Assembly: GCA_025363555.1 (NCBI GenBank)
Contig: JANYDQ010000372.1
Span: forward strand, 1 to 56,591
DNA: 56,591 bases
From: Bacteroidota bacterium
Lineage (GTDB): Bacteria > Bacteroidota > Bacteroidia > 2-12-FULL-35-15
Direction: 5' to 3'
Below the pieces are notes generated by a model. That model saw only the letters and a program-made list of their open reading frames with translations, was not told the DNA's origin and searched no databases. A program made the position numbers and the translations under genes. How positions within the stretch are numbered: the first letter of the stretch is position 1; each line of letters starts with the position of its first letter. Positions 27,423 through 37,763 of the stretch are shown here, in pieces.

Positions 27423-28498
27423 TTTAAAGATGCTACCGGAAACACTGGTTTTTTAGAATAAAAACTGTTAATATCAAAACTGATAGAAAAATTATTGGTT
27501 GCTCCCGCCAGGTGATACACCGCTCTGCCATAGCTGAAATGAAATTTGTAAACCCGGAAACCAAATCCGAAAGAGAACCCATCAAACCCTCTTTTTTCAG
27601 GTATCTTCAGCTCTTTTCTCCGCTGATAGTTATACCCTAACCGAAGGAATAAATTTTTGGTAACAATAAACTCGCCCCCTATTACCATGTGGCGCATTAA
27701 TTTATCTCCGAATACTTTATATTTGTTTTGCTTAATGGCTTGCCCGGTCAGGGGGTCCACTGTTTGGGTTGGGTTGGCGGGGTCTTCGTAAGTAAGGTCC
27801 CATTTTTCCAGGTTTTCATAAGTAAAAATCAATCGGATGGGCACATGTTTTGGTTTTTTACAAAACCCTATCTGCATCTCAAAAGGCAGTTTTTCTTTGT
27901 TGCCGGGTGTATAGTTGCGCCATTGTCTTCCTACGTTTTTGATAACAGCAGCCACCGCAAAATTTGTTTTTGATCTCACATAAGTAGCACCCAAATCAAC
28001 GGCACTTCCCCATGAAAAATAAGTATCCATTTGCGCGTAAATGGTTTTTAAAGTAGCGCCAACGGTAAGATTAGAATCTATCAGCATGTGAGAATAGGCA
28101 AGGTTAAAACTCATTTCGCTTGCCCCGAAAGTCCCGTCTGTGTTCCCTATATCATCTGCTCTGGGAATCCTTCCGTAATCCAGGTAATTCATTCCTGCAC
28201 TAAAATTTCCAAGCTTATTGAAATGCCTTGCGTAAGCAACATAGCCATATTTAATGCCCCCGAAATAATTGCTGAAACTCAATGCTACATTATTATTCAT
28301 CGAATCGGTAAGCAAGGAAGGATTGATGAGCGACACGTTCAGGTCATTATCTTTTACAGCAATCATGTTTCCACCCAGGGCAGTAACCCTGGCAGAAATG
28401 GGAAGATTTAAAAATTCATAGGTATTATTTCCACCTGTCTGACAAAAAGCGGTGATGCTCAAAAGCATTGAAAATAGAAGGAAAGTTGTTTTTTTCAT
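27419..28498 (-). CDS. porQ: Type IX secretion system outer-membrane protein PorQ
   Basis: GGNNTYEFLNLPISARVTALGG N-terminus, NPSLL, LRLGYNYQRRKEL beta-barrel motifs. Sits directly upstream of cmk, as usual in Bacteroidota. Confidence 0.85.
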   Translation of the reverse strand: MKKTTFLLFSMLLSITAFCQTGGNNTYEFLNLPISARVTALGGNMIAVKDNDLNVSLINPSLLTDSMNNNVALSFSNYFGGIKYGYVAYARHFNKLGNFSAGMNYLDYGRIPRADDIGNTDGTFGASEMSFNLAYSHMLIDSNLTVGATLKTIYAQMDTYFSWGSAVDLGATYVRSKTNFAVAAVIKNVGRQWRNYTPGNKEKLPFEMQIGFCKKPKHVPIRLIFTYENLEKWDLTYEDPANPTQTVDPLTGQAIKQNKYKVFGDKLMRHMVIGGEFIVTKNLFLRLGYNYQRRKELKIPEKRGFDGFSFGFGFRVYKFHFSYGRAVYHLAGATNNFSISFDINSFYSKKPVFPVASLN

Positions 28499-28587
28499 TT
28501 TAATAAATACAAAGTAAGTGAAAATATCTTCTTCATAAACGCAAAACTTTGAATTTTATTGTGTGAAACAGAAAATATATTTTTTAT

Positions 28588-29499
28588 TTACGTTGTCCAG
28601 TCCATATTTTTTTTCAGGAAAGACAATGTTTTTTCTTCCGGGGAATTTAAAACAGGGATGTAATTATAAGCCCAGGAAGCCGTTTCGGGCAAACTCATCA
28701 ATATGGATTCTGTCCGCCCGTTGGTTTCCAGTCCAAATTTAGTTCCCAAATCGTAAACCAGGTTAAATTCCACATACCTGCCTCTGCGAAGCAACTGCCA
28801 GTATTTATTTTCTTCGGTAAATGATTTGGATTTGTTTTTATTCATCAGCGCAGTATAAGTGGGTGCAAAGGTATTTCCTACTTCCTTAACAAATTCAAAT
28901 AACTGTTCATTGGTAGCCCCTGATTTTTCATTTAACTTATCAAAGAAAATACCTCCTACTCCGCGGGTTTCGTTACGATGAGGAATATAAAAATAATCAT
29001 CTGCCCGGTTCTTAAAATCATGGTAGTAGTTTGGATGGTGCTTATCACACGCTGTTTTGAGCGCATTATGAAAAAAAAGGGCATCCTCTTCGTCCACATA
29101 ATGAGGAGTTAAATCAATACCACCGCCAAACCACCAAACACCATTGTCCATTTCGAAATAACGAACATTCATGTGAACGATAGGAACAAAAGGATTTTTG
29201 GGATGAATAACAATGGAAACACCGGTGGCATAAAAGTGTTGAATTTCTGATACTTCGCGGGAAAGAATAAAGTCATCGCCTATTTTCTGTGGCAGTTTTC
29301 CATGAACAGCAGAAAACAATACCCCCCCTTTTTCAATTACATTTCCATTTTGAATAATCCGTGTTCTTCCACCTCCCCCTTCTTTTCGCAGCCAGTTATC
29401 TTCTTCAAATTTCCCTTTACCGTCTTCCTGTTCAAGAGCAGAACAAATGCTGTCCTGGAGAGATAAAAACCAATTGGTAATTTGACCTTTTGAAGTCAT
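28588..29499 (-). CDS. hemF: Oxygen-dependent coproporphyrinogen III oxidase
   Basis: EKGGV, HMNVRYF, WWFGGGIDLTP, RGVGGIFFD, RRGRYVEFNLVYDLGTKFGL. Confidence 0.97.
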   Translation of the reverse strand: MTSKGQITNWFLSLQDSICSALEQEDGKGKFEEDNWLRKEGGGGRTRIIQNGNVIEKGGVLFSAVHGKLPQKIGDDFILSREVSEIQHFYATGVSIVIHPKNPFVPIVHMNVRYFEMDNGVWWFGGGIDLTPHYVDEEDALFFHNALKTACDKHHPNYYHDFKNRADDYFYIPHRNETRGVGGIFFDKLNEKSGATNEQLFEFVKEVGNTFAPTYTALMNKNKSKSFTEENKYWQLLRRGRYVEFNLVYDLGTKFGLETNGRTESILMSLPETASWAYNYIPVLNSPEEKTLSFLKKNMDWTT

Positions 29500-29553
29500 A
29501 TATTTTCGAATTAATTAATAGGAGAAGCTGGATACGGTGATGCAGTATAATAA

Positions 29554-31395
29554 CTAATCTGCCTTTACCAATTTATACTCCTTATATTTTAAGATGTGAA
29601 CAAAATTGTTTTCAAATCCGCTATCGGCAGGATGCTGAAGGAAATTATAATTCGTTTCCACTCCCCTGTATTTATTTCCTGTAATCGTTTTCAAAAATCC
29701 TGTTCCTACTTTTAGCAGGGCGGAAATGAAATAATAACTAATATCAAAGCCCTGGTAAGCATACATATCGGGTTCCGTTTTGTATATGGTACGATAGGTT
29801 TTTATCACCGCTTGTGTTGCCGGATTTTGATAGTCCACATAATTCTGGGATGCGATATGCAGGGATAAGTCGTTGAGGTATTCAAAATCAAGATTGTCGA
29901 ATGTAGTCCAGTTTTGAAGTCCGAACAATACTATTTTAAATTTTTCGTGCTTACCTCTTAACCCTCTCACAAATTCTGTAACATAAGATTGATTAGTTGA
30001 TGGCAATACCACTATATTTGTTTTGTTATCCACCAGCATCGCTTCTACCCCACCCAACCCCTTTGCCTGTTTAACTGTATCAGCAGCCGCAAGTCCTTTT
30101 CCAATCAAACCACTATTTGCCGCATTTTTAAAAGCATTGAAAAAAGAAGATTCTCGTGTGTTTGCATTATCAACCAATATAATATTTTGGGTACTGAATG
30201 AATCTACCACAAATCGGGCTATCTGCTCCACCTGTAAAGTTGTTGAAGGAAGTACTTTGCACACATAAGGATTAGAAAATAAAATTTTATTGACCTGGAT
30301 AAACGGAGAAACAATAGCAATGCCATGTTCTTTAGCAAACTTTGAAAAAGGCACAAAACCGGAGCCATACAAGGGTCCTATCATCAAATCCATTTTAGCC
30401 AGTTCGGGTTTCTTCAATATCTTTTCAATATTCATCGAATCTTTATCATCTATATCATACACAAATATTTTAGCATTAAGTTTTTGTTTTTTCAATGAAT
30501 CAATAGCTATCAGTGCACCTTCGTAAAAAGATAAAGCCAGGCTTGTTTTGTTCGGCAATTGTTCATCCCCTTTTATCAGTTTATCAAAATCTATCGCCAC
30601 TGCTTCTTCCGCATGAAAAGGTAAAAAGAAAGCAATGTTATATTCGTTTTTTAAAACACCTTTATAAACAGCAGCAGTAATGGTATCTTTACTTACTTCA
30701 ACAGGTTTTGTTTCGGTTTTAAGTACAGGAGTATTTACAACAGCCTCTTTTTCCAATTTAACAACCGCAAGCTTTTCTTTTGGCTTTTCTCCTTTTTGGA
30801 TGGTTGGAGATTTTTTATTATCAGAAGGGAATCTAAGTACTTGTCCTATTTTTAAGGCATCAGCTGCTTCGGGATTCAATGCTTTTATTTTTTCTATCGA
30901 AACACCGTATTGTTTTGAAAAAGAATAGAGCGTTTGTCCTTTTTCTACTGTGTCTAAAATATACCGGGAAGTATCTGCGGCAATAACTTCGGGTTGTTTT
31001 TGGGCAGGTTCCTTTTCTTTAATCTTTGATTTTTCTTCTCCAGGCTTTTTTGTTACTTCCTTTTGTTTTGGTTTTTCAAAAGGTATTTTTAATATTTGTC
31101 CAGGTTTTATTCCATCTATTGCATCAGGGTTTTCAAGCACTATATCATTTACAGAAAGACTATATATTTTTGCAATAGCGAATAAAGTTTGTTTTTTATC
31201 TACTTTATGTAAATAAAATTTCTTCCCATCTTCCACTATTGTTTTTTTGCTTTTCCCGTTATCTATTTCTTTGTCCTTATTTTTCTTCTGGGCGAAAGAA
31301 CTGGAAGCAGAGAGTATAAAGTATAAAGTACAAAGTACAAAACAGAAAGCACGAGGAATGGAAACAAAAATATTTTTTCTTTTATATGAAATCAT
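29554..31395 (-). CDS. LysM repeat plus periplasmic-binding-protein type 1 domain protein
   Basis: Two LysM motifs (HKVDKKQTLFAIAK; VEKGQTLYSFSK), then NIAFFLPF, FYEGAL, DLMIGP, AYQGFD. Confidence 0.88.
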   Translation of the reverse strand: MISYKRKNIFVSIPRAFCFVLCTLYFILSASSSFAQKKNKDKEIDNGKSKKTIVEDGKKFYLHKVDKKQTLFAIAKIYSLSVNDIVLENPDAIDGIKPGQILKIPFEKPKQKEVTKKPGEEKSKIKEKEPAQKQPEVIAADTSRYILDTVEKGQTLYSFSKQYGVSIEKIKALNPEAADALKIGQVLRFPSDNKKSPTIQKGEKPKEKLAVVKLEKEAVVNTPVLKTETKPVEVSKDTITAAVYKGVLKNEYNIAFFLPFHAEEAVAIDFDKLIKGDEQLPNKTSLALSFYEGALIAIDSLKKQKLNAKIFVYDIDDKDSMNIEKILKKPELAKMDLMIGPLYGSGFVPFSKFAKEHGIAIVSPFIQVNKILFSNPYVCKVLPSTTLQVEQIARFVVDSFSTQNIILVDNANTRESSFFNAFKNAANSGLIGKGLAAADTVKQAKGLGGVEAMLVDNKTNIVVLPSTNQSYVTEFVRGLRGKHEKFKIVLFGLQNWTTFDNLDFEYLNDLSLHIASQNYVDYQNPATQAVIKTYRTIYKTEPDMYAYQGFDISYYFISALLKVGTGFLKTITGNKYRGVETNYNFLQHPADSGFENNFVHILKYKEYKLVKAD

Positions 31396-31425
31396 TCTAC
31401 TTTATACTTTGGACTTGATACTTAA
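31315..31425. repeat. Two inverted heptamer tandem tracts bracketing the LysM gene start
   Basis: tataaag tataaag tacaaag tacaaaa cagaaag cacgagg (31315-31356) and tacttta tactttg gacttga tacttaa (31398-31425). Confidence 0.85.
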
Positions 31426-31437
31426 TTTTTCTTTTTT

Positions 31438-32967
31438 TTATTCCCACTCAATAGTAGCAGGTGGTTTTGAGCTGATGTCGTACACCACTCTATTAATTCC
31501 TTTTACTTTATTAATAATTTCATTCGATACTTTTCCTAAAAACTCATACGGCAAATGACACCAGTCGGCTGTCATTCCATCAGTGCTCGTTACTGCTCTT
31601 AACGCAACAGCGTTTTCATAAGTCCGTTCATCCCCCATAACACCCACCGACTGCACCGGAAGAAAAATAGCACCCGCCTGCCAAACGTCTTTATATAAAT
31701 TTTCTGATTTTAAACTGTTAATGAAAATGGCATCCACTTCTTGCAGAATACGAACCTTTTCAGGAGTTATATCTCCCAATATCCTGATGGCTAATCCGGG
31801 ACCGGGGAAAGGGTGACGGTTTAAAATAGCATCGTCTATTTTTAAAGTTCTGCCAACCCTTCTCACCTCATCTTTAAATAAAGCTTTGAGCGGCTCCACT
31901 ATTTTCAGTTTCATAAAATCGGGTAAGCCTCCCACGTTATGGTGCGACTTGATGGTAGCCGATGGTCCTTTTACAGAAATGGATTCAATCACATCGGGGT
32001 AAATGGTTCCCTGTGCCAGCCACTTCACATCTTCTATCCGTTTCGATTCGGTATCAAATACATCTATAAATACTTTCCCTATTGCTTTTCGTTTTTTCTC
32101 CGGGTCGGTAATACCTGCCAGTGCAGAATAAAACAACTCTTTTGCATTAACTCCTTTTACGTTTAAACCCATGTGCATATACGAATCGAGCACTTGTTCA
32201 AACTCATTTTTGCGAAGCAACCCGTTGTCAACAAATATACAATACAGATTTTTACCAATTGCTTTGTGCAACAATACCGCAGCTACTGATGAATCTACTC
32301 CGCCACTTAACCCCAGCACTACTTTATCATTTCCTATTTTTTGTTTCAATTGTTCTACTGTAGTTTCCACAAACGAGTCAGGTGTCCAGCTTTGAGCGCA
32401 GCCGCAAATGGTGACTACAAAGTTTTTTAAAATAATACTTCCTTCGGATGTATGAAATACTTCGGGATGAAACTGTATTCCCCAGGTTTGTTCCTCCTTT
32501 ACCTTATACCCGGCAAACTTTACATCATTGGTAGAAGCAATAATTTCGTAGTTGTCAGGAATTTGAGTAATGGTATCTGCATGGCTCATCCACACCTGTG
32601 AATTGATGCTGATGTTTTTGAAAAGAGGGTTATCATTATTTACTGCCGAAAGATGTGCCCTTCCGTATTCCCTGTGTTTGGAAGGCAATACCTCGCCTCC
32701 GAATTTTTGCGCCATCAACTGCGCTCCGTAACACACCCCAAGCAAGGGCAGTTTGCCTTTAAATAAAGAAAAATCTGGAACGGGAGCTGCTTCATCACGC
32801 ACAGAAAACGGACTTCCCGAAAGAATAACTCCTTTAATATGCTTTGTAATTTCAGGGATTTTGTTGTAAGGATGTATTTCGCAATACACATTGAGTTCTC
32901 TTACTCTCCTGGCTATCAGTTGGGTGTATTGAGACCCAAAATCAAGAATTAAAATGGTTTCCTGCAT
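31438..32967 (-). CDS. guaA: GMP synthase (glutamine-hydrolysing)
   Basis: [44 protein letters not shown] 32967 preferred because the GTG overlaps the -7 box. Confidence 0.99.
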   Translation of the reverse strand: MQETILILDFGSQYTQLIARRVRELNVYCEIHPYNKIPEITKHIKGVILSGSPFSVRDEAAPVPDFSLFKGKLPLLGVCYGAQLMAQKFGGEVLPSKHREYGRAHLSAVNNDNPLFKNISINSQVWMSHADTITQIPDNYEIIASTNDVKFAGYKVKEEQTWGIQFHPEVFHTSEGSIILKNFVVTICGCAQSWTPDSFVETTVEQLKQKIGNDKVVLGLSGGVDSSVAAVLLHKAIGKNLYCIFVDNGLLRKNEFEQVLDSYMHMGLNVKGVNAKELFYSALAGITDPEKKRKAIGKVFIDVFDTESKRIEDVKWLAQGTIYPDVIESISVKGPSATIKSHHNVGGLPDFMKLKIVEPLKALFKDEVRRVGRTLKIDDAILNRHPFPGPGLAIRILGDITPEKVRILQEVDAIFINSLKSENLYKDVWQAGAIFLPVQSVGVMGDERTYENAVALRAVTSTDGMTADWCHLPYEFLGKVSNEIINKVKGINRVVYDISSKPPATIEWE

Positions 32968-32972
32968 GGGCA

Positions 32973-32980
32973 CAAAGATA
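32973..32980 (-). promoter_or_regulatory. -7 promoter element TATCTTTG for guaA
   Basis: Exact TAnnTTTG 5 nt upstream of the ATG. Confidence 0.6.
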
Positions 32981-33044
32981 GAAAAAGGATTTGGTTTTCA
33001 ATTTGAAAAATAAGTTAAGAAAGCTAAAGAATAGGTGTTTAATA

Positions 33045-33082
33045 AAATAAAAAAAAGGTACGCTTTTTATAGCGTACCTTTT
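33045..33082 (-). terminator. Intrinsic terminator of the 35161-33104 gene
   Basis: 12-bp perfect stem aaaaggtacgct/agcgtacctttt with a 6-nt loop and a long U tract on the minus strand. Confidence 0.85.
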
Positions 33083-33103
33083 AATTTAAAACTTAATTAC
33101 CTT

Positions 33104-35161
33104 CTATTCTTTAACCAATTTTACGTATTGAATATGAGAGCCGGAGTTTAATGAACACATATAAATACCGGAAGGCAATATGCTTACATCAATGGTTTCT
33201 GAAGGAGAAATATTGTTTCTGCTCATTATCACTTTTCCTTCAATAGTAGTTATGGTTAAGTTTGCTTTGTCTTTTGTATTCGATGAAAAAGCAAATACAA
33301 CAGTGCCGGAAGCAGGATTAGGATATGTATTAATAACATGAGTTGTTATTCCGTTTCTGGCTATTGAAGTAGTCAGCATTTGAATGGTATCAGAAGCTGT
33401 GTTTGTCAGAACCGCAAGATTGTAATCGAAATAAATGCTTGCCCGGTTATTAATAACTGTTGACTGGGGAAGTGATGGTTTGGTAGTAATTGCATAACTT
33501 ATCCAGCCATTACTTCCTGCAAAATTACTGCTGCTGTCGGGCAACTGAATATTATAAAAATTAAAAGTTGCTATTCCGTTTCCGCTCATCACAAAATTAT
33601 AAGGATGCGATGAACCTGTAATCCGGAACGTCATTGGTTCCACATTTGTATCCAATGTATCCTTCACTGAAATATTAGCTGCTGCTGCATTACCCGTATT
33701 CTGGAAATGAATGGTATAGTTTAATTCTGTATTATTAGGAATCATACCGGCAGGTTCCACCGACTTTTCGTTAGGGTCCCAGGCATTGGTAAGCAACTGG
33801 TGTAAATTAATTATATTGTTAGCCGGTACCGTATCGGTTGCCAATGGTTTAATGGTTAAGGTAGAGTTAAGATAATTACCAAGCACAGCCGAAGCAGAAG
33901 GCAACAGGTGAAGATAGATGTATCCTGAACCACCTATTTGTAAATTGGAATAATACCATTTAATAGTTTGACCCGAAACAGAAACAGGAGCAGGAGTGGA
34001 TGAAATGAATGAATACAAGGCATCCATCACAAAAGTAATGGTATCGCTTTCGATGGTAGTACCATTATTATGATAGGAAATGGGCATTGGTTCGGATTGT
34101 CCTGGCTTAGCTCCCCAGTTAGGACAGGCAATGGCTAGCTCATGTACGTTTGGCATCATGTGGAAACCAAAGTTATTGCCTGATGTCGATTGAGTTTGCG
34201 GATGTACACTTAAATTAGCTCCTGTGGTGGACGTCCAATAAGTAGGACCAGCACATGTAAGTGTATAAGTTAGTGTAGAATCGAAAAAATAAAATGCATA
34301 ATTTCCTATTGCATCACTGCTTACATAATAGTTTCCGGGAACAATGTGAACTATCCGGTTTGCAATTCCGGTTTCGCCTCCGTCCAGCGTACCATTGTTA
34401 TTGGCATCATTAAATACTTTACCAGTGATGTATGCAAAGTTTATATTGCCATTGTTAGAAACGTTACCAAAATGAAATGCAAAACCAGAAGGTTGTGTAC
34501 AACTTACACTAACCGGGAAATGCGTGGCGATAGAAGGATACGGATAGGCATTTGCCCAGTTACAGGTAGTGTCGCCAAGTGCTGTATAATCAAGGTTAGT
34601 GGTTCCTCTTAATCCAATCTGGATAGTGTGAATAGTGCTTATATAAGTATTGGCTCCATACACAAAACGAATGCCTCCGGAGTTTTCATACATCCATATC
34701 TGGAAATTCAAATTACCACCGTTGGAATAATAAGAGTAATGCAACCACTGAACCACACACACCCTGTTTGGTGCATTGCCTAAGGTAACGTATTGCAAAC
34801 TGGCCGTATTTCCATTTATATTCATTAAGTCGGCACCGAAAGGTGATATTACATTATTAAAGGAACCATTCAGCGGGTTATAAAAAGTACTCGAAGCATT
34901 ACTTGCCAGTACAATATAACCATTTGTACTTGCCGTAAACGTACTATGGGAAACACCACCATAATTGAAATTGAAACCTATATTCAGGTTTCCGTATTGA
35001 ACATCATCTACACCCGGCATATCTACAGTGGTGCCGGTTATAACATTAAAAGTATCCAGCGAAGCTGTGTAGGGATACGCTGCAACCTGTGCTTTGGCTG
35101 TGGTGGTAAGTAGTAAACCTGCTATTGCTGCAAGTGTTAAGTTAAGTAAGTTTTTTTTCAT
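33104..35161 (-). CDS. T9SS type A cargo protein with SdrD-B-like and DUF11-like domains
   Basis: Signal peptide, GKVFNDANNNG, AWDPNEK..YTIHFQNTG..NRASIYFDYN, CTD YPNPAS...GIY...KLVKE. Confidence 0.85.
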   Translation of the reverse strand: MKKNLLNLTLAAIAGLLLTTTAKAQVAAYPYTASLDTFNVITGTTVDMPGVDDVQYGNLNIGFNFNYGGVSHSTFTASTNGYIVLASNASSTFYNPLNGSFNNVISPFGADLMNINGNTASLQYVTLGNAPNRVCVVQWLHYSYYSNGGNLNFQIWMYENSGGIRFVYGANTYISTIHTIQIGLRGTTNLDYTALGDTTCNWANAYPYPSIATHFPVSVSCTQPSGFAFHFGNVSNNGNINFAYITGKVFNDANNNGTLDGGETGIANRIVHIVPGNYYVSSDAIGNYAFYFFDSTLTYTLTCAGPTYWTSTTGANLSVHPQTQSTSGNNFGFHMMPNVHELAIACPNWGAKPGQSEPMPISYHNNGTTIESDTITFVMDALYSFISSTPAPVSVSGQTIKWYYSNLQIGGSGYIYLHLLPSASAVLGNYLNSTLTIKPLATDTVPANNIINLHQLLTNAWDPNEKSVEPAGMIPNNTELNYTIHFQNTGNAAAANISVKDTLDTNVEPMTFRITGSSHPYNFVMSGNGIATFNFYNIQLPDSSSNFAGSNGWISYAITTKPSLPQSTVINNRASIYFDYNLAVLTNTASDTIQMLTTSIARNGITTHVINTYPNPASGTVVFAFSSNTKDKANLTITTIEGKVIMSRNNISPSETIDVSILPSGIYMCSLNSGSHIQYVKLVKE

Positions 35162-35601
35162 GTTTTTTAAATTTAGTTATTATTAAAATTGATTTTATAA
35201 TTCAGATTTCAATATTAGGTAAAATAGTTAACAGTAGCAAATAGTGTATTGTTAATTGCTTATTACTACCAATATGCAGTCCAATAAAAAATAAAGTATT
35301 GATCTGTCTTTAACAGGCTCTATGTCATAACATCGTTTTTTACGATAACAAATTCCGGTTTCACACTTAAGACTTGTTGCTGCTTGTTATTTATAGGGAC
35401 GTAAAGAATGATTTATCTTTACTGTTCGAATGTTTTTACTTTGATGACATCATTTATTGCCCTTTGTTTGTCTGTAAATTATTTTGTCGTAAAAATTCTT
35501 TGATTTATCTTCCTTATCCATGAATGCGTGACACCCTACTTTTGTATTTAAAGGTGAAGAAAAAATGATGATTGTCTTTTTCTCATCCATTACATTTTTT
35601 T

Positions 35602-35609
35602 TATCTTTG
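35602..35609 (+). promoter_or_regulatory. -7 promoter element TATCTTTG
   Basis: Exact TAnnTTTG 20 nt upstream of ATG 35630. Confidence 0.55.
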
Positions 35610-35629
35610 TCGCCTAAACTCATATAACA

Positions 35630-37648
35630 ATGAAACAAAATTTACTATTCTTCATCTTCATTATTTTTACGGTAAAAATAATGGTTTGCCAAAACCAACA
35701 AATAGCAAAGGCAACATATCCAACATTTTCTTCGACTGAAATGAATGCTAAACTAAAAGAAGCTTTTCAACAAGAGCAGCAACAAAGCAGGGCAAATGGC
35801 ACTGTTGTGCAACCTTCATTACTATCTCATCGGCTTACAGGCGGCAATGGTTCCTCCTCTCCTGCTGCGGTTATCAAAAAAATGGAAGAGCTAAAGAAAC
35901 TAGATGTATCTAAATTAACCCATACCGCGGGAGGAGCCAAAATATACGATACTGTGTTTGTAGGTGGTGTGGCTCATGATACTTTGAGGATATCAGGAAT
36001 TTATACACATAATGGACCGATAATGGTTTTTAATGATGGGGTGTTGATTATTAAAAATGCGATAGTAAATAACACTGGCGATTTGTTTGTATTTAATTAT
36101 GGGAGGGTGTTGGTAGATTCGTCTCAGGTAACTTTTCCTCAACAATATTTTTATCAGCGCAATGTTATTGCTATTCAGCATGGGTATATCAATTTTCATT
36201 ACAGCACATTTGCTTACAGTGGTATGTCTCACGGTTTGGTGATGGGCGATTCGGCAATTATAGATATGAACCTAGTTCATAATTACGACTGGACCACGGC
36301 AGGCTTATATGGCAGTCCTACCGTAAATATCAGAGGCTCTAATTTGGGCGGAGAATACATATTGGCATATAATGCTACTGCTAATTTTAATAATGTGGAT
36401 AGCTTATTATTGTGGCATATGTTTCCTAATCTTGCGGTTATTAACTATGTATTTCCTCCGGGCGCTGCGGTCTATGGCTATCATTTTAATAATACAGTGG
36501 CGGGTGTTTCGGGTATAAATTATGCTGCCACTGCGGACAGTTGTTACAATGTCTGGTGGGGAATGATGCCTTCTAACGGGTCGGATGTAACCATTTCCAA
36601 TTCCACTATTCGTGCGATTGGTGCGCTCTTCCAGCGGGGCGATTCTGTTTGGGTAAACGGGGTGTACGATAACTCTTCGTACACCAATTATGTGATGCCT
36701 GTAGCCGACCGGAATTTACACCTTATAAATAGTGGTGTACAAACCTGGAGTTTTTATTTATCTGATTCATCGAAAGTAAAAATAACAAATTGTACGCTGG
36801 GAGAAGTGGGAACACAGCAGCGTTCCAGCGTGGGTGCCAGCCAAACCCTGGTAGATGGCAGCGGTGGATATTTCTGGGCATCAGATACGAGTACCACTTT
36901 TGCGGGCAATTGCACTTCTTATAATACTGTCAGGAGTGAACGGTATGGGATTTTTGTGTATGCTTATGGCAATATTCCTTTCACAGGTCCCACTTCTATT
37001 GGGCATAGTGTGATGGTAAGTGTTCAAAACACAATGGCTGCCGACCCGGTACCTTATGACGGCAGCATTTGCTGGATGGAAAACATTGCTACACCTGCTG
37101 CTGCACATGCCGATTCGGTGATAGCTGTTACCGGCTCCGCATGGATTGACCAGGGACCTAATGGCAGTTGGTTCGACTGGATGAGTTACAGCTTGTCGTA
37201 CCAGTTGATTGGCAATACAGGCTGGATTTATATTGTTTCCGATTCTGTCACCGAAATAAGACATAACACTCTTGCAAATTGGAATACAACAGGACTTGCG
37301 GCAGGTACTTATATTTTAAGACTCGTAAACAAAAGTACACTTGGCGATACGGTAGAAGATTTTAAAGCAGTTACCATTCTTCCTGCGGCTACTGTTTTGG
37401 TAAATGAGAATGCTGATTTTAAAGTAAGTTGTTACCCCAACCCGGCAACGGATGTATTGAATGTGGAAAGCAACACCTACCCAGTATCGGGCATCAGAAT
37501 TTATAATGTATTGGGCGAAATAGTTTATGAGTCCGCTGCCAAATTAAATAAAACCATGATTGATATTCATACCCTGGACAAAGGTATTTACAGCATTGAA
37601 TTTACGGCAAACCAAAAAATATGCCTAACCCGTTTGGTGAAAGAGTAA
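35630..37648 (+). CDS. T9SS type A cargo protein of unknown function, probable beta-helix core
   Basis: Signal peptide, Asn/Ser/Gly-rich beta-type sequence, WNTTGLAAGTYIL module, CTD YPNPATD..IYNVLGE..KGIY..RLVKE. Confidence 0.8.
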   Translation: MKQNLLFFIFIIFTVKIMVCQNQQIAKATYPTFSSTEMNAKLKEAFQQEQQQSRANGTVVQPSLLSHRLTGGNGSSSPAAVIKKMEELKKLDVSKLTHTAGGAKIYDTVFVGGVAHDTLRISGIYTHNGPIMVFNDGVLIIKNAIVNNTGDLFVFNYGRVLVDSSQVTFPQQYFYQRNVIAIQHGYINFHYSTFAYSGMSHGLVMGDSAIIDMNLVHNYDWTTAGLYGSPTVNIRGSNLGGEYILAYNATANFNNVDSLLLWHMFPNLAVINYVFPPGAAVYGYHFNNTVAGVSGINYAATADSCYNVWWGMMPSNGSDVTISNSTIRAIGALFQRGDSVWVNGVYDNSSYTNYVMPVADRNLHLINSGVQTWSFYLSDSSKVKITNCTLGEVGTQQRSSVGASQTLVDGSGGYFWASDTSTTFAGNCTSYNTVRSERYGIFVYAYGNIPFTGPTSIGHSVMVSVQNTMAADPVPYDGSICWMENIATPAAAHADSVIAVTGSAWIDQGPNGSWFDWMSYSLSYQLIGNTGWIYIVSDSVTEIRHNTLANWNTTGLAAGTYILRLVNKSTLGDTVEDFKAVTILPAATVLVNENADFKVSCYPNPATDVLNVESNTYPVSGIRIYNVLGEIVYESAAKLNKTMIDIHTLDKGIYSIEFTANQKICLTRLVKE

Positions 37649-37763
37649 AGGACAAGATATATAATTATTATTTTGTTCAGTCCTGGAAAATCAATCTTTC
37701 AGACAACTGGCAAGCATCACAACCATCCGGCTAAAGGGATGCAGCTGGCAAAAACAAAGATGT

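Noticed and set aside
35162-35629. Structured RNA in the 470-bp divergent intergenic region
   Set aside because: Only short AT-rich inverted matches (tttttacgataa/ttgtcgtaaaaa) and no convincing extended fold.
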